From a virus (lineage: Duplodnaviria; Caudoviricetes), in IMG/VR virus record IMGVR_UViG_3300046820_001270, positions 160,001-224,000 of that record: 64,000 nt of DNA. One strand, 5' to 3'. Both the position numbers and the translations under genes were made by a program. Under the pieces are notes generated by a model. It was not told where the DNA came from. It was given only the letters and a program-made list of their open reading frames with translations, and searched no databases. Each line of letters begins with the position of its first letter. Position 1 is the stretch's first letter. Positions 38,325-46,411 of the stretch are shown here, piece after piece.

Positions 38325-38397
38325 CGCTCCCTGAGGGTCACGATCCCCCGACTTCAAAATTAACAGTTTTGCGCTCTACCAACTGAGCTAAGGAAGC
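38325..38397 (-). tRNA. tRNA-Asn(GUU) with atypical T-loop ATCGTGA
   Basis: Cloverleaf, anticodon loop CTGTTAA. Confidence 0.85.
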
Positions 38398-38483
38398 GTG
38401 TTTGATTCCAACCCAACTTAAGTTGCACCATCCGTGTCATGCACTGGTTAACAAAGTCCTCGTTGAGTTAGTTTCAAAAAGTT

Positions 38484-38666
38484 ACAGGTTTTTCGTACCA
38501 TCTATGTACATCATGTCCGAGACTGATTCATGAATCGGAGGTTACTTTTCGCTTAATGGTTAATTACTCCAACTTATAGTAACTCTACTCTCACCGTTCT
38601 ACATCTAGATTCAAACGGATAGTTGAGATTCATAGACAGTGGGGTCACACCACCGTCGTCACCTGT
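38484..38666 (-). ncRNA. Candidate multibranched RNA (~183 nt)
   Basis: ACAGGT/ACCTGT, TCTATG/CATAGA, GTTACT/AGTAAC, CCGTT/AACGG and TCCGA/TCGGA stems. Confidence 0.5.
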
Positions 38667-38668
38667 TG

Positions 38669-38741
38669 AGCCTAAGGTCAGATTCGAACTGACGACCTGC
38701 TGATTACAAATCAGCTGCTCTACCAACTGAGCTACTCAGGC
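38669..38741 (-). tRNA. tRNA-Thr(UGU)
   Basis: Cloverleaf, anticodon loop TTTGTAA. Confidence 0.95.
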
Positions 38742-38781
38742 TTATTTTCTACTATTTTATGTCAAAGAACCACTTATCTTA

Positions 38782-38812
38782 CAAAGATAATAAATAAATT
38801 CGGATATACAAA
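38782..38812 (-). promoter_or_regulatory. Internal Bacteroidota sigma70-type promoter in the tRNA array
   Basis: TTTG-N19-TATCTTTG followed by a boxA-like site. Confidence 0.75.
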
Positions 38813-38834
38813 ATTATTCTTAAATCTTTTTTTG

Positions 38835-38906
38835 AGGTCTCGGGTAGGGTCGAACTACCAACTTGAAATCCGTAGTTTCATGTGATCACCATTTCACCAC
38901 AAGACC
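38835..38906 (-). tRNA. tRNA-Arg(ACG)
   Basis: Cloverleaf, anticodon loop CTACGGA. Confidence 0.88.
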
Positions 38907-38913
38907 ATTTTAG

Positions 38914-38982
38914 TTGCGGGACCGGTAGTCGAAACCGGAAAAACACAGCTTATGAGACTGGTCGGGAACCCTCCTCCCCGCA
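38914..38982 (-). tRNA. Short-D-arm tRNA with CAU anticodon (69 nt)
   Basis: TGCGGGG/TCCCGCA acceptor stem, CTCATAA loop, CCGGT-TTCGACT-ACCGG; only 14 nt between acceptor and anticodon stems. Confidence 0.7.
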
Positions 38983-38986
38983 ATTT

Positions 38987-39060
38987 TGGATGTCCCTCGT
39001 GGATTCGAACCACAGCTAGATGGACCAAAACCACCTGTACTACCTCTATACTAAAGGACA
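38987..39060 (-). tRNA. tRNA-Gln(UUG), CCA encoded
   Basis: Cloverleaf, anticodon loop TTTTGGT. Confidence 0.92.
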
Positions 39061-39065
39061 ATATG

Positions 39066-39145
39066 TACCCAAGGTCGGACTCGAACCGACACGTCTCTCG
39101 ACACGGTTTCTAAGACCGCCGTGTATCCCATTCCACCACTCGGGT
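39066..39145 (-). tRNA. tRNA-Leu(UAG)
   Basis: Cloverleaf with variable arm, anticodon loop CTTAGAA. Confidence 0.92.
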
Positions 39146-39152
39146 ATTGTTG

Positions 39153-39224
39153 CACCCATGTAAGGACTCGAACCTTCATCTTCGGTTTTGGAGACCGACG
39201 TTCTACCAATTGAACTACACAGAT
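39153..39224 (-). tRNA. tRNA-Trp(CCA)
   Basis: Cloverleaf, anticodon loop CTCCAAA; wobble-rich acceptor stem. Confidence 0.88.
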
Positions 39225-39231
39225 ATGTTTG

Positions 39232-39307
39232 TCTAGATGGCTGGATTCGAACCAACGTGTTCTGCTTTCCAAAAGCAGCGAGAAAAGCCGGACTCCTCTA
39301 CATCTAG
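39232..39307 (-). tRNA. tRNA-Pro(UGG)
   Basis: Cloverleaf, anticodon loop TTTGGAA, C1-G72/A73. Confidence 0.92.
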
Positions 39308-39316
39308 ATATAAAAC

Positions 39317-39351
39317 AAAAAACCCCGAGATTTTTAAGTCTCAGGGTTTTT
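39317..39351 (-). terminator. Intrinsic terminator (putative attenuator) immediately before the first tRNA
   Basis: AAAAACCCTGAGA-CTTAAAAA-TCTCGGGGTTTTTT. Confidence 0.8.
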
Positions 39352-39374
39352 AATATTATTAGTTAAACTTACAT

Positions 39375-39470
39375 TTAACCGTGATTAATATCTCCGAGAC
39401 ATATAGACATAGGACGATCATTCCAATTTTGTTGGTTCATCGGCGACGTTGTATATAGGTTTTGTCTCAT
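39375..39470 (-). CDS. Putative leader peptide MRQNLYTTSPMNQQNWNDRPMSICLGDINHG (31 aa)
   Basis: Lies between promoter and terminator; A-rich initiation region; contains GTCTCGG, complementary to the terminator 5' arm. Confidence 0.6.
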   Translation of the reverse strand: MRQNLYTTSPMNQQNWNDRPMSICLGDINHG

Positions 39471-39500
39471 TGAATTTTGTTTAATTTTTGTTTCTTTTTA

Positions 39501-39531
39501 CAAAGATACATATAAATATATACATAAACAA
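39501..39531 (-). promoter_or_regulatory. Promoter of the leader/tRNA operon
   Basis: TTG-N20-TATCTTTG with an overlapping TATTTATA (39511-39518). Confidence 0.7.
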
Positions 39532-39594
39532 TAAAAGGTTAAAATATTTTATAATCAATTATGAATCAATCGATAAGAACTGATATTTATCAAT

Positions 39595-40110
39595 ATGACA
39601 AAAATAAAGGGACTCTCTCTCCTTTTATGTACTTTGTTCTTGGCATTCTCTTCATTTGCTCAGGACACGCAAAAAGTGTACATATCTGGCGTTGAGAATA
39701 AAATCAAGATTGGTCGTATGACATCTAACCGAAACTTGGCTTTCGGTGTTAAAAACATTTTCGAAGAAATTTTACAGGATAAGGATTTCACAATCGTAGA
39801 GGTACGTAGTGAGGCTGACGTTTTATTAAACGTTGATTTATTATTTTTTGACGTTAATAAAACTAAAAGAAACGTTTCAGTATTTCATTCTAATGTTGAA
39901 GAAACATTGGTAATAATGAAAGGTACTATCACCGATAAATCAGGTAAAAAATTAAAAGAGGTGGTGGCCGAAGAATCAAGTTCAGAAATTTCTACGTCAA
40001 CGTTAATCACTGACGAAGGAAGTGGACAAATAAACCAACAGGCATTGTCTTCAGCAATTAAGAAGACATGTGTTTCACTTGTAGATAAAATATTTTTAAA
40101 TAAGAAATGA
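39595..40110 (+). CDS. Secreted CsgG/LpoB-like fold protein
   Basis: Signal peptide ending FAQ; alpha/beta pattern ending ALSSAIKKTC. Confidence 0.5.
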   Translation: MTKIKGLSLLLCTLFLAFSSFAQDTQKVYISGVENKIKIGRMTSNRNLAFGVKNIFEEILQDKDFTIVEVRSEADVLLNVDLLFFDVNKTKRNVSVFHSNVEETLVIMKGTITDKSGKKLKEVVAEESSSEISTSTLITDEGSGQINQQALSSAIKKTCVSLVDKIFLNKK

Positions 40111-41759
40111 AAAAACTAACATTATTAATGGGATTATTTTTATTAATGTCCCTATCATCATTCGCACAATTAACTATCAGTCAATCATTAACACCAACAA
40201 CGGGTTTAAAGGTGGGTGATACAATTACCGTTAGATATAATCTAACAAAAGGTCAGGTAATCGTAAATCCTCGTTACCTTTGGTTTAGATATCAATTTAA
40301 CAACAAGGCGTTGACTTATCTTTCAACTGAATTTAATCAGGGTGCATCTACACAAACATTCTACACAGGTTGGAACAACTATAAGTTCACACCGAATACT
40401 AATAATAACGCTAGTGATAATGAATTGAATGTTCAATATGGTTTAAGTCCATGGAATTACACAGTAAATTCGGATTGGAATGTCGGACAATTAACCATTC
40501 AAAGAGCAGACCGTTCTATTGATGGGTTACTTGCAACTCAAAAGTATATTTTAAAAGATCAAAACACATATGATAATATATTCAAAATAGATTTGGCAAC
40601 AGGTACCGATACAACTGGTGCTGTTGTTGGAACTATCTTTGGTGGTGGGTGGTCATCCATATCTAATGTAGTTGGTAACACGTCACAATTCAAAGTTAGA
40701 GTGTTATTCCCACAAGGATATACGATTAGCGACCACAATGTTCAATTGATGAGATTGAAAACAGATGGTAGTGGTGACATTGATTGGTCACAACAACCAA
40801 TTACACAAAAAGCGTTGGATGCAAGTGGTGAAGCAATATTCACATCAGGTGTTAAAGTTGGTGATTCGGTTGGTGTATTTATATCACCCGCATCACAAAA
40901 GACTTGGATGAATAATGTAATCACAGTTTCAGATGCATATAAAGCATTCTTAGGTCATTCTCAAACTGATATTAGTGGAACCGCAAACTTCTTTACAAGA
41001 CCTGTTTTAGAAAGAAAAATAGGTAATGTAACAAAAAATGATATGACATTCAACGAAGCTGACTCATATAACTTATTTGCATATGTAATCGGACAAGATG
41101 TATCAATAAATGCATTCATTCCGACATCAACTGCAACTTCTTGGAGATGGCATAGTGGTTTATTAAATCAAAGTTGGTTAGATGGTGTTACTAAAAATAG
41201 AGTATTAGTTACAGCACCATCACAAACTGTTGATGCGGTATTTGCATGGGCAGGTGACTTAAACTGGTCACACTCATCTCATCCTGACACAATTGCAACT
41301 AGAATTACACAAGGTAATTTTACAAACTCAGTAAACGATAGAAACTTCCAATCACTTTCAGTGAAATCAATGTCATATACTCAACCTACATTTGAAAAAA
41401 TGACATTGGGTATTAACTCTACTTTAGAAAATGGTAAAGTTGTATTAACTACAACATTAACAAAAGAAGGATTGGCAGGTTTACAAGTTATTATGAATTA
41501 TGACGAAAGTAAATTAACGTTGGATAATGTTTCATTTGATGCGGGATCTACAATTACAAACTTCTCAACTCGTGATGGTAATAGATTAACATTTGGTTCA
41601 ATTGATCAAATGAAAACTGCGAGAATTAAAGTAGGGACACCGTATAAATTAATTTTCACCCCTAAAGTTCAATTAACAAATACCGCAGGTTTATTCTTCT
41701 TTGTATTAGCAGACGCGGTTGATGGTTTGGGTAAGAAAATTGATTTGACAATAGAATAA
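40107..41759 (+). CDS. Secreted Ig/cohesin-like + dockerin-like protein
   Basis: Signal peptide; VSDAY and FNEADSY dockerin-like segments; C-terminal GLQVIMNYDESKL cohesin-like domain. Confidence 0.55.
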   Translation: MKKLTLLMGLFLLMSLSSFAQLTISQSLTPTTGLKVGDTITVRYNLTKGQVIVNPRYLWFRYQFNNKALTYLSTEFNQGASTQTFYTGWNNYKFTPNTNNNASDNELNVQYGLSPWNYTVNSDWNVGQLTIQRADRSIDGLLATQKYILKDQNTYDNIFKIDLATGTDTTGAVVGTIFGGGWSSISNVVGNTSQFKVRVLFPQGYTISDHNVQLMRLKTDGSGDIDWSQQPITQKALDASGEAIFTSGVKVGDSVGVFISPASQKTWMNNVITVSDAYKAFLGHSQTDISGTANFFTRPVLERKIGNVTKNDMTFNEADSYNLFAYVIGQDVSINAFIPTSTATSWRWHSGLLNQSWLDGVTKNRVLVTAPSQTVDAVFAWAGDLNWSHSSHPDTIATRITQGNFTNSVNDRNFQSLSVKSMSYTQPTFEKMTLGINSTLENGKVVLTTTLTKEGLAGLQVIMNYDESKLTLDNVSFDAGSTITNFSTRDGNRLTFGSIDQMKTARIKVGTPYKLIFTPKVQLTNTAGLFFFVLADAVDGLGKKIDLTIE

Positions 41760-41762
41760 TTT

Positions 41763-44045
41763 ATGAAAAAACTATTAGTAGTATTATTTTTATTTATATC
41801 ATTTTTAGGGTTCGGACAGAGTGTATCTGCTCCGGACTCTAAATCGTTTATACCATCCACAACTGCACAAGATGGAAGTGGATTCGTATTAAGTGGATTT
41901 AGTGCAACATCTACTTTGTTAGCATCAATCAGTTTAATAAATCCATCAACAAATACTACATTTTATTTAACTACAACAACGGGTTTAACTGCAGCAAGTG
42001 GATTTACTTTAAGTGGTAACAAAACTCGTTTGGTTGTAACGGGAACGATGGCTAATATCAATACCGCATTGGAATCGTTAAAAGTTAATACAGGTTCAGT
42101 AGTAGGTAATGTTCAATTATCAGTAGCGGCAACTGTCAACCCCGTTGGGTATTTCTACAATGGTGTTAATGGACACTTTTATAGACCTATATCAACCGGA
42201 GCAACTTATACAAATGCAAGAACACTATCATCTCAACAAACATTCAAAGGACAGACAGGATATTTGGTAACAATTACTTCTGCGGATGAAGATGCTTTTA
42301 TATTTGCTAATGTTCCACAAGCTAGTATTTGGTTTGCATTAACCGATGAAGCAAGTGAAGCTAGATGGACAATCGATGCTGGTCCTGAAAACGGAACTCT
42401 AATTAAAATCAATAACGGACAACTAAACGGAAACATTCCTGGTCAATATAACAACTGGGCACCTGGTGAACCAAACAATAGTGGTAACGAAGATTATGCA
42501 GTAACTAAATGGGGTGGAGGTTCTCAATGGAACGATTTACCAAATCATTTTAGTTGTGCTTATGTAGTTGAATTTGGAACTTGGACTAACCCTGATGACC
42601 AAACATTTACAGAATTTTATACTAATAGTGTAACTCACTCAAACGGAGAAGTATTAAGAGCATCATTCAATGTAGATTTTGGAACTAATGTAGATGAAAC
42701 TAAATTTACAGCAAAAGGATACACATATACTAACAACACATGGAATATAGTAAACGGAACTGCTAGACAATTGAGTGGATTGGGTAAAGTTGATTTAACT
42801 ACCTTATTAGATACTAATAAAATTGCTGGAAATGGATATAGAGCAACAACCTCTACCGGACAAGTTGAATGGGCAATAATAAATCCATATAATGAAACTT
42901 TGGGTGGCCATCAATTATTAATAGACGAAAGAGAATTCGACGGAACAGGGGTATCCCCAAATAATGTAACATCAATTAAATTATTTGACATATACGATGG
43001 ACCAGTTAGTGTTAATAGTGTAAGTGGATGGTGGAAAACATATGTAATTCCTGGCAATTTGACAACCAAAATAACTTCATCTACGTTTCAAGCTCAATTA
43101 AGATTACAAGATGGTTGGTATGGAACAAGAGCCGAATTTACTTTCTCACCAATAATGTCATACAAATCACATGGAATAGAATTATCTCATTCAAATCAAA
43201 CTGAGTTAAACACATTGTATAGTAGTATTGTGAGTGTGGCTGATGTATATTTAGCATTCAAAGAATTAGCAGATAGGGGTATATTAGGAAATCAAAGTGG
43301 ATTAGGTTTGACAAATGGTATTCAGTATTTGAATGCAGATGTGGATGGGAATGGGGTATTCAATGAAGCGGATACCTACAAATTATTACAACATCTAACA
43401 GGAGTTCAATCACTTTCACAATCCACTGCATTAACTTATTTAATGAAGTTATACAATAAATCAGCATATGATACAATAACAACATCGAATTGGGGAACTC
43501 AATTTAATTACACTCGTAACTTAATTCCATTTACATTAACTAGTTTGAATAACACATATAATTTAAGTGTAACTTGGTTAGGTGATGTAAACTTATCACA
43601 TTCAGCACAACAAAGTGTAAGTAGTGTTGCAACTAATTCATATAGAAGTATGAGTGTATTTTCATCACCGATATCAAATGAAATCAATGCATCAATCTTA
43701 ACTGAAATGATTGGTGATAGTGTTTATGCATATATCACAATTGACCCAATAGGACAAGAATTGGTAGGAACACAATTCAAATTAAATTACGATAATAGTT
43801 TATTGAAATTTAACAATGTAAGTTTCAAAACAAAAGGTTTTCCTACAAATTATGGAACTGACAAAGGTGATTATATCAATTTAGGTTCTTTAATTACGGA
43901 TGGTGGAATTTTGGATAATACAACTGAATATAGAATATCATTCACATCAAAAACAAAATTGGATAACATATTAGGATTGATTTCAGTAGATACAACGGAT
44001 GCGGTTAGTAAAGATGGTAAACAATTAAAAGTAAAAATAAAATAA
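41763..44045 (+). CDS. Secreted C-type lectin + dockerin-like + cohesin-like protein
   Basis: GYLVTITS..E, WAPGEPNN, EDYA, QWNDLP; ADVDGNGVFNEAD; GTQFKLNYDNSLL. Confidence 0.65.
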   Translation: MKKLLVVLFLFISFLGFGQSVSAPDSKSFIPSTTAQDGSGFVLSGFSATSTLLASISLINPSTNTTFYLTTTTGLTAASGFTLSGNKTRLVVTGTMANINTALESLKVNTGSVVGNVQLSVAATVNPVGYFYNGVNGHFYRPISTGATYTNARTLSSQQTFKGQTGYLVTITSADEDAFIFANVPQASIWFALTDEASEARWTIDAGPENGTLIKINNGQLNGNIPGQYNNWAPGEPNNSGNEDYAVTKWGGGSQWNDLPNHFSCAYVVEFGTWTNPDDQTFTEFYTNSVTHSNGEVLRASFNVDFGTNVDETKFTAKGYTYTNNTWNIVNGTARQLSGLGKVDLTTLLDTNKIAGNGYRATTSTGQVEWAIINPYNETLGGHQLLIDEREFDGTGVSPNNVTSIKLFDIYDGPVSVNSVSGWWKTYVIPGNLTTKITSSTFQAQLRLQDGWYGTRAEFTFSPIMSYKSHGIELSHSNQTELNTLYSSIVSVADVYLAFKELADRGILGNQSGLGLTNGIQYLNADVDGNGVFNEADTYKLLQHLTGVQSLSQSTALTYLMKLYNKSAYDTITTSNWGTQFNYTRNLIPFTLTSLNNTYNLSVTWLGDVNLSHSAQQSVSSVATNSYRSMSVFSSPISNEINASILTEMIGDSVYAYITIDPIGQELVGTQFKLNYDNSLLKFNNVSFKTKGFPTNYGTDKGDYINLGSLITDGGILDNTTEYRISFTSKTKLDNILGLISVDTTDAVSKDGKQLKVKIK

Positions 44046-44051
44046 AAAATT

Positions 44052-44348
44052 ATGAATGTATCGTTTGATTATAATGAAATGAAGAATTTTATATCACACA
44101 CAGGTAAATATAAAATCGTAAATGTTAAGTGTTTTATTATAGTAGCCGGTAGTTGGTATAATCAATTTAGAAGAGAAGAAGAAGAGGTAGATATGGAAGT
44201 GGCTTATCTAATAGATGATATTGAAACTGAAAAATGGATATTTGATGAAAGATATAGGAAAAGAAAAGACGAACTTATGATGTGGAGTATCGAATCGGTT
44301 TTTTATAGAGAGTACAAAAGTAAAATATTAAATTTATTATATAAGTGA
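44052..44348 (+). CDS. Hypothetical protein
   Basis: ORF within the operon. Confidence 0.55.
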   Translation: MNVSFDYNEMKNFISHTGKYKIVNVKCFIIVAGSWYNQFRREEEEVDMEVAYLIDDIETEKWIFDERYRKRKDELMMWSIESVFYREYKSKILNLLYK

Positions 44349-45238
44349 AAAAACTAATAATCATATTATCCTTACTTTGTATAAGTTTTGTTTCAAACGC
44401 ACAAATCGTAAAACCTGATACATTACAATTATCACCAAAAGAATTATTTGGAGAGAGTGATGATTGGAACGATGTGGGTATATTGCAATCCTATGTTAAT
44501 TTTTCAAAAGATGTTCTCTCATCATCAAACCTTTCAGTTGGTATAATTGGTAGGCAAGTATCTACAACTCTTAATTTAGGTTACAATAAATCATCTATGA
44601 ATGGTCAATGGGCCCACACATTTGCGGCATCAATAAATCCTATATGGAACTACTATGGAGTAGGTTATGGACTTAGTAGAAATACAGAAAAAAGAACAAC
44701 AACAATACAAACATTTTATTCTACGGATTTTGATTTCCAAAAAGATATTACATTATCATTTATAGATGTGTTTAGAACAAAAAAGTATGGAACATTCGGT
44801 TATAGTTTAACAGCATCAAAATCATTTTGGGGAACTTATCAAGGTGAATGGGAAGGAAAATATACGGTAGATGAAAATGGTGATTTTAAAGATTTAATAT
44901 ATCCACAAATGCCGGCATCATCCGAACTTTCTTATAGAGGTATGGTGATGTACACTTATACATTGAAAACAAAAAGGGTGAATATTTCACCGCAAATATT
45001 TGCAATGAGTGATGTATATAAAGTATTTAAAGATGGTACCAAATCGGATTTAGCATATGTAGATGATTTCAATTTGGATTTATATTATGGTACATCTATT
45101 GATTGGAAAATAACTAAAAGATTTGTGTTGAATACTAATATTAGATATAACACAACTTGGGATAAATTAAGTGAATCAGTTGGTTATAAAAAAAGTAACC
45201 CAATAATGTTTATGATAGGAACAAACTTTCAATTTTAA
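44345..45238 (+). CDS. Outer-membrane beta-barrel protein
   Basis: GTG start, signal peptide ending NAQ, alternating aromatic strands, C-terminal FMIGTNFQF. Confidence 0.7.
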   Translation: MKKLIIILSLLCISFVSNAQIVKPDTLQLSPKELFGESDDWNDVGILQSYVNFSKDVLSSSNLSVGIIGRQVSTTLNLGYNKSSMNGQWAHTFAASINPIWNYYGVGYGLSRNTEKRTTTIQTFYSTDFDFQKDITLSFIDVFRTKKYGTFGYSLTASKSFWGTYQGEWEGKYTVDENGDFKDLIYPQMPASSELSYRGMVMYTYTLKTKRVNISPQIFAMSDVYKVFKDGTKSDLAYVDDFNLDLYYGTSIDWKITKRFVLNTNIRYNTTWDKLSESVGYKKSNPIMFMIGTNFQF

Positions 45239-45582
45239 TGAAAAAGATAATAATCATATTAATTTTATCGTTGGTGTCGTGTAAAAAAACACAAGTTCCA
45301 CCCACACCACAAACCATAAATAAAGAATTTTTCAATTCACGTGAAAATAACGTTAAAAATGGGGATATTATTAATTTTACCTTAACCACAGTTGGTGTTT
45401 ATACTTTAACAATGATTGATACGGTTCAAAATCAAGTTATTACCAGAGAAAAATTCACAGGTAAAATTGGTATAAACTCACTTAAAATATTTACAAAAAC
45501 TTTACCGACAAAATACCTAAGTGTCGTTTTAAAGGATCAAAATAATCAACAGATAGGTAAAACAAGAATAACAATAAACTAA
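45238..45582 (+). CDS. Lipoprotein with Ig-like/T9SS-CTD-like domain
   Basis: Lipobox LVSC; GVYTLTM..; YLSVVLKD. Confidence 0.6.
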   Translation: MKKIIIILILSLVSCKKTQVPPTPQTINKEFFNSRENNVKNGDIINFTLTTVGVYTLTMIDTVQNQVITREKFTGKIGINSLKIFTKTLPTKYLSVVLKDQNNQQIGKTRITIN

Positions 45583-45595
45583 AAAATAACAAAAA

Positions 45596-45964
45596 ATGAA
45601 AAAAGTATCTCTCGTACTCTTCGGTTTAATTCTACTTGCTGGATGTAGAAAATCAGATTTTCCAACACCTCCTCAATCAATTAGTGATGATTTAAAAATT
45701 GCTAGTTTATCAGGGTTAAAATTACAAACTGCATTTGTAACAAGTGAAGTTTCAATGAACATAAAAAGTGAGGCATCTCAAACTGTCACTATCAAAATCT
45801 TTGATATTGCAAATAGAGTAGTGTCTAAATCAACAAGCGAGGTAAAATCAGGTGATAACATATTGAAGGTATATACCTCAGCATTACCGTCATCAGGATA
45901 TAGAATTGCAATTTACGATCGTGCCGGTAATATGTTAGGTATTACGGACTTTAATAAAATTTAA
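45596..45964 (+). CDS. Lipoprotein with T9SS type-A CTD-like domain
   Basis: Lipobox LAGC; TIKIFDIANRVV...GDN...SALPSSGYRIAI...FNKI. Confidence 0.65.
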   Translation: MKKVSLVLFGLILLAGCRKSDFPTPPQSISDDLKIASLSGLKLQTAFVTSEVSMNIKSEASQTVTIKIFDIANRVVSKSTSEVKSGDNILKVYTSALPSSGYRIAIYDRAGNMLGITDFNKI

Positions 45965-45995
45965 GATAATTATATAAAGACAAAAACACAAAATT

Positions 45996-46304
45996 ATGGC
46001 AGAAGAAGTAGAACAAGAATCAACAGGTAAATCCTTTAAAGGAATTATTATCACATTAGTAAGTACAGTTACATTAGGTGTAGGTGGATTTATTACGAAC
46101 AAATTAACAGGTGGTGGAGATGATGAAAAACCGGCAGTACAACAAGCGGCTCCCGTAATCAACATTCAAAACACTCAAAACCAGTCTCAATCGGCGGGTG
46201 GTGGTAAGACAGTCATTATTAAAGAAAAGGAAACTGTTAAAGAACAACCAAAACCTAAGAAGAAAGAAGGTGATGAGTTTAAAGAAGAAGCTCCAAAGTG
46301 GTAG
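45996..46304 (+). CDS. Single-TM protein with low-complexity tail
   Basis: GIIITLVSTVTLGVGGFI. Confidence 0.65.
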   Translation: MAEEVEQESTGKSFKGIIITLVSTVTLGVGGFITNKLTGGGDDEKPAVQQAAPVINIQNTQNQSQSAGGGKTVIIKEKETVKEQPKPKKKEGDEFKEEAPKW

Positions 46305-46411
46305 TATCTGTAACAGGATACCAAATTGGGACACTAATCTTTACGATTATAATAATGGGGTTTTCAATAAAGACGACCTTGGATTTAATAAAAAAAGAAA
46401 AAAATGGCTGA
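46298..46411 (+). CDS. Possible 37-aa single-TM microprotein
   Basis: GTG start; overlaps both neighbours; one hydrophobic helix. Confidence 0.35.
   Translation: MVVSVTGYQIGTLIFTIIIMGFSIKTTLDLIKKEKNG

Noticed and set aside
38154-39272. Tracked ORFs 38154..38363, 39046..39255 and 39051..39272
   Set aside because: They run through tRNA genes
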